From the NCBI GenBank assembly GCA_963727525.1, contig CAVSGO010000003.1:416001-480000 (forward strand): a DNA stretch of 64,000 nucleotides, given 5' to 3'. Shown here one piece after another: positions 18,403-27,656 of the stretch. Positions within the stretch are counted from its first letter, which is position 1; the number at the start of each line of letters is the position of its first letter. A program made the position numbers and the translations under genes. Below the pieces are notes generated by a model, which saw only the letters and a list, made by a program, of their open reading frames with translations, searched no databases and was not told the DNA's origin. This DNA is from an uncultured bacterium. Lineage in GTDB: Bacteria > Krumholzibacteriota > Krumholzibacteriia > LZORAL124-64-63.

Positions 18403-19761
18403 TCAGAGGGAACGGTCCAGATCGTAGCTGAATGAGATACCGTAGCTCAGCGAGCGAGACAGGTACGTGTCGCCCTCGCTTTCACGCTGGCTGAAGTACA
18501 AGCTCAGACTCGGACGGATCGCGAAACGATCCTCCACGTAAAATGCCGCTTCGGACCGCAGTGTCACGTCCACGCTGCGCCTGATCCTCCGGATATCGGT
18601 GGTCGACTCGATATATTGCAGCTCGTTGTCGAGCGTGTTCGTCCAGAGCATGCGGTCGGCCAGGCACCAGAGATACGAGAACCGCAGGTCGAGGAAGCCC
18701 CAGCCGTTGTCTCTTCTATAGAACAAGTACGAGCTTTCGAGGTCGACCGCGAACTGGTGGGCGAGCGTTGGATTATGCGACCAGCGGGCTCTCAGGACCG
18801 GCCCGATCCGCCAGTACTCCGGGCTCGGATCGACACCCAGATTGTCCGTCGTGATGTCATGCTGGTAGACGGCCTGGCCGACGAGGTCGACTTGCCACCC
18901 CTCGTACCGGGCGCCCACGTCCTCGTCCATGGCCTCGATCAGGTAGAACGTCGCGAACGGGTCGAGGGCTGCGTGCTGGGTGACGGGCCCGAGGACGTCC
19001 TCGTAGTAACGGCGCGACGGCCGTGAGAACACTCTCTGGTACATCGCCCGGCGGCTGATGCCCTGCGCCACGTCCACCACGTCATCCTCGGCGAGGCGCT
19101 CGTGGCCGAGGGCGGCGAGGCGTTCGTTCAACCTGGCGGCACGGATGAGAGGGGTGACGTCGCGAATTCGCCCCAGACCCAGACCGGCCGAGGATCGTGT
19201 CTCGTAGACGCGCCGGTCCTGGCGCGTCGCCGTGGCATCGCCCGAGTCTATCTCCTCCCGCTTCGCGCCGCTGTACCCCCAGTAGCCTCGCGCGCCCAGA
19301 ACCACGGCCCAGCACCGAGATACGTACTGACGATGGGATGCCGACAGATCGACAGTGGTACGGAGGTCGTCGTAAGTGTTCTTCCGCGAGTCGGTGCGGT
19401 CGTTCTGGTGACTCATGGTACTCGAGACGGAGGCGTCGAACTCGGTCTGGCGCGGCTCGCCCTCCCATTGCCAGTGCGCCCCCGAATGCAGATCGAAATT
19501 GACGAGAGCGGACGCAAGCGAGGATTGCGGCGGAGAGGACATGTTCCTCGCGGCGCCGTTGAGGCCACCGTTGAGCGTCCAGATACGCGTCCGCCATGAG
19601 GGTAGGCGGTAGGCGAGCAGGGCGGAGACATCGTGCGAGTCGGCGAAACCCACGCTCGGCGGGTGCTGCCCGGGTTCGGTGATGTCGATGGCGGGCTGGG
19701 CGAGGCTGGCGGTGGTGCAGGAGAGAAGTCCGAGCAGAAGTGTCACTGTCAAGGATCTCAT
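18403..19761 (-). CDS. Putative outer-membrane beta-barrel protein
   Basis: GGAGG RBS and signal peptide. Alternating aromatic beta-strands. C-terminal LSYGISFSYDL. Confidence 0.6.
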   Translation of the reverse strand: MRSLTVTLLLGLLSCTTASLAQPAIDITEPGQHPPSVGFADSHDVSALLAYRLPSWRTRIWTLNGGLNGAARNMSSPPQSSLASALVNFDLHSGAHWQWEGEPRQTEFDASVSSTMSHQNDRTDSRKNTYDDLRTTVDLSASHRQYVSRCWAVVLGARGYWGYSGAKREEIDSGDATATRQDRRVYETRSSAGLGLGRIRDVTPLIRAARLNERLAALGHERLAEDDVVDVAQGISRRAMYQRVFSRPSRRYYEDVLGPVTQHAALDPFATFYLIEAMDEDVGARYEGWQVDLVGQAVYQHDITTDNLGVDPSPEYWRIGPVLRARWSHNPTLAHQFAVDLESSYLFYRRDNGWGFLDLRFSYLWCLADRMLWTNTLDNELQYIESTTDIRRIRRSVDVTLRSEAAFYVEDRFAIRPSLSLYFSQRESEGDTYLSRSLSYGISFSYDLDRSL

Positions 19762-19865
19762 GGGGCCCTCCAGTCTCGGCCGACGGCGTCTTCTGATGTC
19801 GATAGGAGAGATCCGGGGTGGCGATGACCCGCGTGGCACCCGCATCTTTCGCTCGAAGTTCCCGG

Positions 19866-19900
19866 CAGCCCGAGTGAATACACAGCCCGAGTGAATACAC
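19866..19900. repeat. Perfect 17-bp tandem duplication CAGCCCGAGTGAATACA x2
   Basis: Read directly from the sequence, in the divergent intergenic region. Confidence 0.9.
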
Positions 19901-19986
19901 TTGATCCGCCGTGCAGTAATATCGTATCATCATGTATCCCCTGAGTCGATACGAACACTTCTCTCCCCTGGGAAGGAATCCCGATC

Positions 19987-20691
19987 ATGTCTCGTTTGTA
20001 TGTGATTGGCATGCTCGCCGCACTCACTCTCGTCGTCGCCTGCGGCGATTCCACCGAGCCGCCACAGGTGTCCAGCGACATCCGCGGTGTCGTGCTCGAT
20101 GCCGCGGGGCAAGCTGTGGATGGCGCCACGGTCGTTCTGCAGTTCGAGAGCGATGTCCCCGTGCCCACGATCGCCGACAAGCCGCAGACGCAGATCCGTT
20201 ACAGTCTCGCGGAGGCGGGCCACGTGGCGGTCTGGGTCGCGTCTTACTGCGACGGCGATACGCTGCGTTTGCTGGTGGATGAAGACAGGCCGGCCGGCAT
20301 CCTGTTGTTCACGTGGGACGGCAGGGACGACGAAGGTCGCGTCGCCCCCGATGGCGTATATCGATTCCACGTGGTGACCGCCGATGGGGAGACGGCGAAC
20401 GAGATGCTTCTGATGTACCTCGGCTACCAGAATGTTGCCGAGGACGCGGTGCTACGCCCGGTGGCCGTCACCGATGCGACGGGCCATTTCGCGATGAGCC
20501 AGGCGTGCCGTGCGCTGGGCTTCGTGTTCCATGCGGTGGATGAACTCGGTACTCCCATCGGCGACTACGAAGTCTCGCATACGGTGCGCGCGTGGGCCGT
20601 GGATCCGGTCACGGACGCCCGCACGGCCGGCGACTGGGTGACGGTGGATCCGGCGTCCGGTGCTGACATGACGGTGACGCTCGGGCCGTAG
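19987..20691 (+). CDS. Lipoprotein with internal FlgD-like Ig domain
   Basis: Lipobox LVVAC. Internal TQIRYSL...FTWDGRDDEGRVAPDGVYRF. Confidence 0.75.
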   Translation: MSRLYVIGMLAALTLVVACGDSTEPPQVSSDIRGVVLDAAGQAVDGATVVLQFESDVPVPTIADKPQTQIRYSLAEAGHVAVWVASYCDGDTLRLLVDEDRPAGILLFTWDGRDDEGRVAPDGVYRFHVVTADGETANEMLLMYLGYQNVAEDAVLRPVAVTDATGHFAMSQACRALGFVFHAVDELGTPIGDYEVSHTVRAWAVDPVTDARTAGDWVTVDPASGADMTVTLGP

Positions 20692-20846
20692 TACACCTAT
20701 TCCTGCCGATCGCGCCGCCCGATCCTGCGCCGGGCGGCGCCCCCCTCCCCGGTGGCGCGCTTGGTGGCATCGGCGCTATATTCTTTCGCTATACGGAAAC
20801 TCCTTGATCGAAACCCGCGGGCGTGCGCCCGGGAAAGGCAAGCAAG

Positions 20847-21527
20847 ATGAAGAGCAGGACTCTCGTCCTCATCATCGCGATCATCCTGGGCCTCGTGATC
20901 GTTCTCGGCTCGGTGGGCTGTGCCAGCATGAGCCGGCAGCAGAAGGGTGCCGTGATCGGCGCCGGTTCCGGCGCCGTAGTGGGTGGGGTGATCGGTAAGC
21001 AGGCGGGCAATACCGTCCTGGGCGCCATCCTGGGCGCCGCGGTCGGTGGCGCGGCCGGTGCGTACATCGGCAACGTCATGGACAAGCAGGCGGCCGAGAT
21101 CGAGCGGGACCTCGAAGGCGCCACCGTGGAACGTGTGGGCGAGGGTATCAAGATCACCTTCGACTCCGGTCTGCTCTTCGACGTCAACAAGGCCAACGTC
21201 AAATCCGCCTCGCGCGACGAGCTGGTGAAGCTGGCCGCGATCCTCAACAAGTACGGCGATACGAGGGTGCTCATCGAGGGCCACACCGACAACACAGGAT
21301 CCGACGAGTACAACCTCACCCTCTCGCGCAACCGCGCGGAGGCCGTGGCCGCGGTGCTGGCGGGCCAGAGCGTCGACGCCACGCGCTTCACCGTGATGGG
21401 CTATGGCGAGAGCCAGCCGCGCTACGACAACAGCACCACCGAGGGGCGTGCCGGCAACCGGCGCGTCGACCTGGCGATCATGGCCAACGACAAGCTCAAG
21501 AAGGTCGCGAAGGAAAAGGTGGGTTGA
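20847..21527 (+). CDS. OmpA-family lipoprotein with glycine zipper (YiaD-like)
   Basis: Lipobox SVGC, glycine zipper, and IEGHTDNTGSDEYNLTLSRNRA and NRRVD motifs. Confidence 0.92.
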   Translation: MKSRTLVLIIAIILGLVIVLGSVGCASMSRQQKGAVIGAGSGAVVGGVIGKQAGNTVLGAILGAAVGGAAGAYIGNVMDKQAAEIERDLEGATVERVGEGIKITFDSGLLFDVNKANVKSASRDELVKLAAILNKYGDTRVLIEGHTDNTGSDEYNLTLSRNRAEAVAAVLAGQSVDATRFTVMGYGESQPRYDNSTTEGRAGNRRVDLAIMANDKLKKVAKEKVG

Positions 21528-22570
21528 GCACCACGGCGGCGGCCGGGAAAGCGCAGCGCGGTTCTTCCCTCGCGCAGGGCCTCGCGCTCTGCCTGGGTCT
21601 CGCGGTCGTGGCCTGGTTCCTCGGCAAGGGCGTGCCCGTGGTGGGCGGCGCCGTGTTCGGCATCGTGCTCGGCCTGGTCGTGGGCGCCGTGCGCCGTCCG
21701 GGCGAGGCGCTGCGCCCGGGAATCCGCTTCACCAGCCGCAACGTGCTGCAGTACGCCATCATCCTGCTCGGCTTCGAGATGCAGATCGGCAACGTGATCC
21801 GCGTGGGTGCGGACTCGCTCTCGGTCATGCTCTTCACCCTCGCCGCTGCCTTCCTCACCGCGTACCTCGCCGGCAAGCAATTGCATCTGCACCGCAACAC
21901 CGCCGTGCTCATCGGCATGGGCACGGCCATCTGCGGCGGCTCGGCCATCGCGGCGGCGGCGCCCATCGTGCAGGCCGACGATGAGGAGGTGGCGCAGGCC
22001 ATTTCCACCATCTTCGCCTTCAACGTGGTGGCGGTGTTCCTCTTCCCGGCGCTGGGGCGGCTCATGCACCTCACCGACACCGGTTTCGGCGTGTGGGCGG
22101 GCACGGCGGTGAACGACACCTCGTCGGTCGTGGCCACGGCGTCGGCGTGGAGCCAGGCCGCCGGCTCGAATACTGCCCTCGCGCTGGCCACCATCGTCAA
22201 GCTCACGCGCACGCTCATGATCATCCCCGTGGCGCTGGCGCTTTCAGTGTTCATGATGCGCCAGCACGCGCACGCAGGAAAGGCTTCGGGTCAGGGCTTC
22301 TCGTTTGTGCGCATCTTCCCCTGGTTCGTGCTCGGCTTCGTGGCCACCACGCTCGTGAACTCGTTCGTGCCTTTGCCCGCGGGCGCGGCGCACGACGCCG
22401 TGATCGCCGGCAAGTTCCTCATCGTGGCGGCGATGGTGGCGATCGGCCTGGGCACGAGTATCCGGCGCCTGCTGGCTAGCGGCGTGCGGCCCATCCTGCT
22501 GGGGCTGCTGTGCTGGATCGCCGTGGCCGTGGTGTCGCTGGTGGTGCAACGCCTTACCGGGCGGATCTAG
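21524..22570 (+). CDS. YeiH family (putative sulfate exporter) membrane protein
   Basis: GTAICGGSAIAA, WAGTAVNDTSSVVA and IVKLTR motifs. Confidence 0.88.
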   Translation: MSTTAAAGKAQRGSSLAQGLALCLGLAVVAWFLGKGVPVVGGAVFGIVLGLVVGAVRRPGEALRPGIRFTSRNVLQYAIILLGFEMQIGNVIRVGADSLSVMLFTLAAAFLTAYLAGKQLHLHRNTAVLIGMGTAICGGSAIAAAAPIVQADDEEVAQAISTIFAFNVVAVFLFPALGRLMHLTDTGFGVWAGTAVNDTSSVVATASAWSQAAGSNTALALATIVKLTRTLMIIPVALALSVFMMRQHAHAGKASGQGFSFVRIFPWFVLGFVATTLVNSFVPLPAGAAHDAVIAGKFLIVAAMVAIGLGTSIRRLLASGVRPILLGLLCWIAVAVVSLVVQRLTGRI

Positions 22571-22649
22571 CCCGGACTATTCATGGCTCCTGACGCGCAC
22601 TCGGGGCACTCCTGACTGCCGGTCCTGACGTATCGGTGATCCGTCTCCC

Positions 22650-23150
22650 TCACTCCGCGACCCATACCGCCACCACCTCGCCGATGAAGACCCGGTGATA
22701 GTCTCGCCGCGGGTATTGCGATTCGATCGTGGGGTCGAGGAACCGCGCCGGGTCGAGGTCGAGCGTGGCGCGTACGCTTGCTTCCAGCGCCAGCACCGCG
22801 CCGGCAACCCTCGGCACCGTTACCGCGGCCGACGGCGCGGCGCGCAGTCCGGTGGCCGCCCACTTGTCGGTGTCGCGGCCGGAGCGCGAGCCGCACAGAT
22901 CGAGCGCGGCCTTCATCGCCGGAGGCAGGAAACTGAGTGTGAACTCGGGGTGCGCGTCGAGCAGGCCGCAAGTGAACCGCGTCGGGCGGACGTAGACCGT
23001 CACCACGGGCCGGTTCCAGAGCGTGCCAAGCCCGCCCCAAGAGACCGTCATCGGATTGGGTCGCTCGCGGCCGCCCACCAGCAGCGCCCACTCCGCGTCC
23101 AGGATGTGGAACGGCCGCAGGGTGAGTTCAGCAGGTTCGATTCTGCGCAT
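22650..23150 (-). CDS. Flavin reductase-like FMN-binding protein
   Basis: NPMTVSWGG, VRPTRFT, CGSRSGRDTDK and DYHRVFIGEV motifs. Confidence 0.88.
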   Translation of the reverse strand: MRRIEPAELTLRPFHILDAEWALLVGGRERPNPMTVSWGGLGTLWNRPVVTVYVRPTRFTCGLLDAHPEFTLSFLPPAMKAALDLCGSRSGRDTDKWAATGLRAAPSAAVTVPRVAGAVLALEASVRATLDLDPARFLDPTIESQYPRRDYHRVFIGEVVAVWVAE

Positions 23151-23282
23151 GGCTCTCCTTCTTCAGTGGATCACGACCAACGTCCTGACGCCGCGGGTCT
23201 CGTCAAATGACGCGATCGATGATAACATGGGAGATCACGCAATGCATTCGATCCGAGCATTCCCACTCGAGGAGGATCGGCC

Positions 23283-23927
23283 ATGGCCGTCAAGATCTCC
23301 CTGAGGCCCAATGGCCCTATCATACTGGACGCCGAGGGCGAACACTTCCCGGTCCTGCGTAGCGCCACGGGTGAGGATATGCCGCTCACGAAGAAGGCCT
23401 TCCTGTGCCGTTGCGGCGAGTCCCGCAACAAACCGTTCTGCGACGGGTCGCACGCTGTTGCCGGCTTCAACGACGAGAACCGTTGTACCCGAGATGCTCT
23501 GCTGGACGCCGAGGCGCCGGGCATCACCGTCCACTTCAACCGTGCGATCTGCTCCGGAGCCGGCGAATGCGTGCGCAACCTGCCGTCGGTTTTCTTGAGC
23601 GGCGTGAAGGACTGGATCCGACCCGATCAGGCCACGGTCGACGAGGTCGTCGCCACGGTGCGGCGCTGTCCTTCGGGAGCCCTGACCTACACGGTCGATG
23701 GGAAGACCGTGACGAGTGCGGAGACCGAGGTCTCGGTGCGCGTCGTCGCCAATGGTCCGTACGAGATCACCGGTCCCGTGGAGTTCGACCCGCCCCGGTG
23801 GAGCACCAACGCGTCGCGAACCCGCTTCACCCTGTGCCGTTGCGGCAAGACGTCCAATGCACCCTTCTGTGATTACTCCCACGGGGAGCAGGGGTGGCAG
23901 GACGGCACCAGGTCCAGGCTCACCTGA
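23283..23927 (+). CDS. CDGSH iron-sulfur protein (CDGSH + Fer4_19-like + CDGSH)
   Basis: CRCGESRNKPFCDGSH, CSGAGEC...CPSGAL and CRCGKTSNAPFCDYSH motifs. Confidence 0.9.
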   Translation: MAVKISLRPNGPIILDAEGEHFPVLRSATGEDMPLTKKAFLCRCGESRNKPFCDGSHAVAGFNDENRCTRDALLDAEAPGITVHFNRAICSGAGECVRNLPSVFLSGVKDWIRPDQATVDEVVATVRRCPSGALTYTVDGKTVTSAETEVSVRVVANGPYEITGPVEFDPPRWSTNASRTRFTLCRCGKTSNAPFCDYSHGEQGWQDGTRSRLT

Positions 23928-24190
23928 TCAACGCCATCTTCCCTGCGCTGAGGCTAGCCAAAAGGCAGCGCTAAGCCGACCAATATCAACCGGGCAAAGC
24001 TCGAAGACGTAGGTCGCGACTTCGGCGACCACGCTCACGTCAATCGCGCCGTCGCAGCACCCGCGCGCCAGCGTCGAATTTGGCGTTGCATGATCACCAA
24101 GGCAACTGCTAGGGTTGCGCCACACCGGCGAGCGAATTGGCGCACGACGACGAGCGACGATCGTCGCAGCTTGACGTGATGGGGGTGTCC

Positions 24191-24655
24191 ATGAAGGCTG
24201 ACACGGGGCCCGACCGTCCCTCACGGCGGACATTCCTCGACTGGCTCATCGGCGGCGCTGCCGCCGCCTGGCTCGCGAGCGTCTTCTATCCCGTGATCCG
24301 CTACCTGCGACCGCTGCCTGATCAGGGCGCCGGCGGTCCCATCCCTGTTCCTGCGGACAAGCTCGCCGAGGTCGAGGGCCAGGCCCACTTCACGATCCTC
24401 CGGGCCGCCGGGACGCGACTGATCGTCCTGCAGGACCCGCAGGACGAGATCCGCGCCCTCTCCGCGGTCTGCACCCACGAGGGCTGCACCGTCCAGTACG
24501 TCCCCGGCGAGCAAGTCATCTGGTGCGCCTGCCACAACGGCAAGTACGGCCTCGACGGGCACGTCATCTCCGGACCGCCGCCGAAGCCGCTCCCCGTCTA
24601 CGCCGTCTCCACGGACGAGAAAGGCGACGTGCTCGTGAAGATGGACGAAGCATGA
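24191..24655 (+). CDS. Rieske iron-sulfur subunit of a Rieske/cytochrome b complex
   Basis: Tat motif SRRTFL, CTHEGC and CACH boxes, GPPPKPL. Confidence 0.92.
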   Translation: MKADTGPDRPSRRTFLDWLIGGAAAAWLASVFYPVIRYLRPLPDQGAGGPIPVPADKLAEVEGQAHFTILRAAGTRLIVLQDPQDEIRALSAVCTHEGCTVQYVPGEQVIWCACHNGKYGLDGHVISGPPPKPLPVYAVSTDEKGDVLVKMDEA

Positions 24656-26025
24656 ACGAGCAGCGCCCGACAGACCTGCCGAAGGGCAAGATCTTCCAGT
24701 GGCTCGACCGGCGCTTCGACCTCGCCCCGGTGGTGGAGTTCGCCAGGCACAAGGAGGTGCCGGTCGGCGTCCACTCCATGATCTGGTACTACCTCGGGGG
24801 CGCCACGCTCTTCTTCTTCGCGGTACAGATCGTGACCGGCGTCCTGCTACTGGCCTACTACCAGGCCGGGGAGAACACGTCGTACGAGACGATCCGCTAC
24901 CTCACGACGAAGGTGCCGTTCGGCTGGCTCTTCCGATCCGTGCACGCCTGGAGTGCGCACCTGATGATCCTATCGCTGCTCACCCACATGTTCAGCACCT
25001 TCTTCCTGAAGGCCTACCGGCGGCCGCGGGAGCTCACCTGGCTCAGTGGATTCTTCCTGCTCGCGCTCGCGCTCGGCTTCGGGTTCTCGGGCTATCTGCT
25101 GCCCTGGAACGAGCTCGCGTACTTCGCGACCGCGGTCGGCACGGACGTCGTCAAGGCGGTGCCCGTGATCGGCGATTGGCTACTCGAGGTGATGCGTGGC
25201 GGTCCGGACGTCACGATCAACACGCTCTACCGCTTCTTCGCTCTGCACGTGGTCGTGCTGCCGCTCGTGGCCTTCGCACTGATCGGCATTCACCTGCTGC
25301 TGATCCAGCGCCAGGGTATGGCGCCGCCGGCGGGGCACGAGAAGGCGACGCGCGGCATGCCGTTCTTCCCCGACTTCGCGCTGCGCGACGCGCTTATCTG
25401 GCTGCTCGCGCTGATCGCCCTGGTCACGCTGGCGGTGGTCCTGCCGTACGGACCGGGCGTCCCGGGCGCCGAGTGGTCGCTCGGACTCAAGGCGAACCCG
25501 TCCGCGCCCGCGTACCCGGGCATCAAGCCCGAGTGGTATTTCCTCTGGATCTACCAGCTGCTCAAGGAATTCCCCGCTCACATTTTCGGGATGGAGGGGC
25601 CGCAGGGCGCGCTGTTGATGTCGGTCGGACTGCTGGGCGTCTGGGCGATCGTGCCGTGGCTCGACCGCCGAGGCCACCGGAACCGCCCCTCTCCCGCGTT
25701 CACCGACCTCGGCGTGGCCGCTCTGATCTTCGTCGGGTTCCTGATGCTGATGGCCTGGGACATCGGCGGCGGGACGGGCACCGAGCCGGACCCCCTAAAG
25801 GTGGCCTGGACGACCGCGTGGATCATGCTCGGCGGTGGTCTGCTCATGAACGCGCTACGCGTCCTGAAAGGCCAGCGGTTCTTCTGGTTCTCGGGCGCGG
25901 CCCTGCTCCAGGTGTTTCTGCACGGGGTCGTCCGTTTGCCCTACCTGTTCGCGGGCGTGGTTGCCCTCGCCCTGGTCCTGATCGGCGCGTGGCGGTCCGC
26001 GCGCGCGGATGGAGGTGCGTCGTGA
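24652..26025 (+). CDS. Cytochrome b (fused N- and C-terminal parts)
   Basis: GWLFRSVHAWSAH, GFSGYLLPW, RFFALH and KPEWY motifs. Start overlaps the Rieske stop (ATGA). Confidence 0.92.
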   Translation: MNEQRPTDLPKGKIFQWLDRRFDLAPVVEFARHKEVPVGVHSMIWYYLGGATLFFFAVQIVTGVLLLAYYQAGENTSYETIRYLTTKVPFGWLFRSVHAWSAHLMILSLLTHMFSTFFLKAYRRPRELTWLSGFFLLALALGFGFSGYLLPWNELAYFATAVGTDVVKAVPVIGDWLLEVMRGGPDVTINTLYRFFALHVVVLPLVAFALIGIHLLLIQRQGMAPPAGHEKATRGMPFFPDFALRDALIWLLALIALVTLAVVLPYGPGVPGAEWSLGLKANPSAPAYPGIKPEWYFLWIYQLLKEFPAHIFGMEGPQGALLMSVGLLGVWAIVPWLDRRGHRNRPSPAFTDLGVAALIFVGFLMLMAWDIGGGTGTEPDPLKVAWTTAWIMLGGGLLMNALRVLKGQRFFWFSGAALLQVFLHGVVRLPYLFAGVVALALVLIGAWRSARADGGAS

Positions 26026-27590
26026 ACGCGCGCGTCCTCGTGCTCGGATTGCTCCTGACCGCGCCGCCGACGGCCCTCGCCGTGGACCCGGCGCCGGCCC
26101 TGTCCGACAGCGCCGTCTCCCTGCCCCCGGCCGTCGTCGAGGCGTTCGCCGAACAGGGCGACCAGGGGCCCGTCATCTCCCCCGAACTCCAGGCCTACTT
26201 CCGCGCCCAGCCAAGCCACCTGCAGGATCTCTTCACCGCCAAGATGGGGTCCGGGCTGATCGGCGGTGCGGCGCACGTGCGCACGCTGCTGTCGCTGCAG
26301 CTGTCGGGCCAGAACTTCGAGCAACTGCTCTCGGACAACTGCGTCCTCTGCCACTCCAACCCGGACAACCAGGGCGAGGAGACGCTCTTCACCCACCAGC
26401 CGACGGGCGAGGCGGCGCGCGCGCACCTCGACCTCGACGACGTCGTACGCGACGTGCATTTCCGACGCGGCCTCTCGTGCTCGGGCTGCCACGGCGGCTC
26501 GCCAGACGACGAGGAGATGAGCGACGCGATCTACGACCGCTGGCCGGACGCCGACACCCGCCGGACCGACAGGAGCTGGATCCCCGCGTTCTGTGCCCGT
26601 TGCCACTCCGACCCCCAGTTCATGCGCGAGTTCGACCCGGGCCTGCCTACGGACCAGCTGGCCAAGTACAAGACGAGCCGTCACGGCCAGCTCATGCTCG
26701 ACGAACACGATTCCAAGGCTGCCCAGTGCGTGAGCTGCCACGGTGTCCACGGGATCCAGGGGCCCAAGACCCCGACCTCTCCCGTGTACCCGACCAACAT
26801 CCCGAACACCTGCGGCGCCTGCCACGCCAACGCCGCGTACATGGCCGGCTACACGGTGCACGGTAGGCCCATCCCGACCACCCAGAAGGAGCAGTACCTG
26901 GCGAGCGTCCACGGCCGGGCGCTCATGGAGAAGCACGACCTCGGTGCGCCCGTGTGCAACGATTGCCACGGCAACCACGCCGCCAACCCGCCCGGCGTCT
27001 CCCAGGTGGCACTGGTCTGCCGCAACTGCCATAGCGCCGAGGCCAACTACTTCGACGCGAGCCGGCACGAGAAGGCCTTCGAGGCCCACGGCTGGCCTCA
27101 GTGCGTCGAGTGCCACGGCAAGCACGATATCCAGCACCCGACCGAGGCAATGCTCGCCAACGAGCCGGGCACGGTCTGCTTCGACTGCCACACGAAATTC
27201 TCGGCGGATGACGCCGAATGCAGCGCCATGACCACCTACATGCGCGACCAGATCAACGGTCTGCAAACGGCCGTGGCGTCGTTCCAGGCGGACACCGAAC
27301 ACCTCGCCGAGCGTGGGCTCGACGTGGAGCCGCTCGAGGGCACGATGAGCGAGATCAGCGATGCCCTGAAGGGCAGCCGCACGCGGGTCCACGCCTTCGA
27401 CCGCAGCACCTTCGACAAGACCGCGACCGAGGGCCGGAACGCCGTGGAGAAGGCACAGACGATCGTGGACCAGCTCCACGCCGACTACCGCTCCCGTACC
27501 GCGGGCCTCCTGATGTCGATCGGCTTCATGGCCCTGCTCGCGATCGGGATCTGGCTGCGCCTGCGCGCCATCGAGCGCCGCCGAGCATGA
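26022..27590 (+). CDS. Membrane-anchored nonaheme cytochrome c
   Basis: GTG start with GGAGG RBS and signal peptide. Nine CxxCH (CVLCH, CSGCH, CARCH, CVSCH, CGACH, CNDCH, CRNCH, CVECH, CFDCH), a helical stalk and a C-terminal TM helix. Confidence 0.88.
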   Translation: MNARVLVLGLLLTAPPTALAVDPAPALSDSAVSLPPAVVEAFAEQGDQGPVISPELQAYFRAQPSHLQDLFTAKMGSGLIGGAAHVRTLLSLQLSGQNFEQLLSDNCVLCHSNPDNQGEETLFTHQPTGEAARAHLDLDDVVRDVHFRRGLSCSGCHGGSPDDEEMSDAIYDRWPDADTRRTDRSWIPAFCARCHSDPQFMREFDPGLPTDQLAKYKTSRHGQLMLDEHDSKAAQCVSCHGVHGIQGPKTPTSPVYPTNIPNTCGACHANAAYMAGYTVHGRPIPTTQKEQYLASVHGRALMEKHDLGAPVCNDCHGNHAANPPGVSQVALVCRNCHSAEANYFDASRHEKAFEAHGWPQCVECHGKHDIQHPTEAMLANEPGTVCFDCHTKFSADDAECSAMTTYMRDQINGLQTAVASFQADTEHLAERGLDVEPLEGTMSEISDALKGSRTRVHAFDRSTFDKTATEGRNAVEKAQTIVDQLHADYRSRTAGLLMSIGFMALLAIGIWLRLRAIERRRA

Positions 27591-27656
27591 GCGGCTACGG
27601 ATTGAGACCAAGCGCAGGTAAGCGGAACAAGAAGCGGCCAAGGAGACGGTCGGTCG

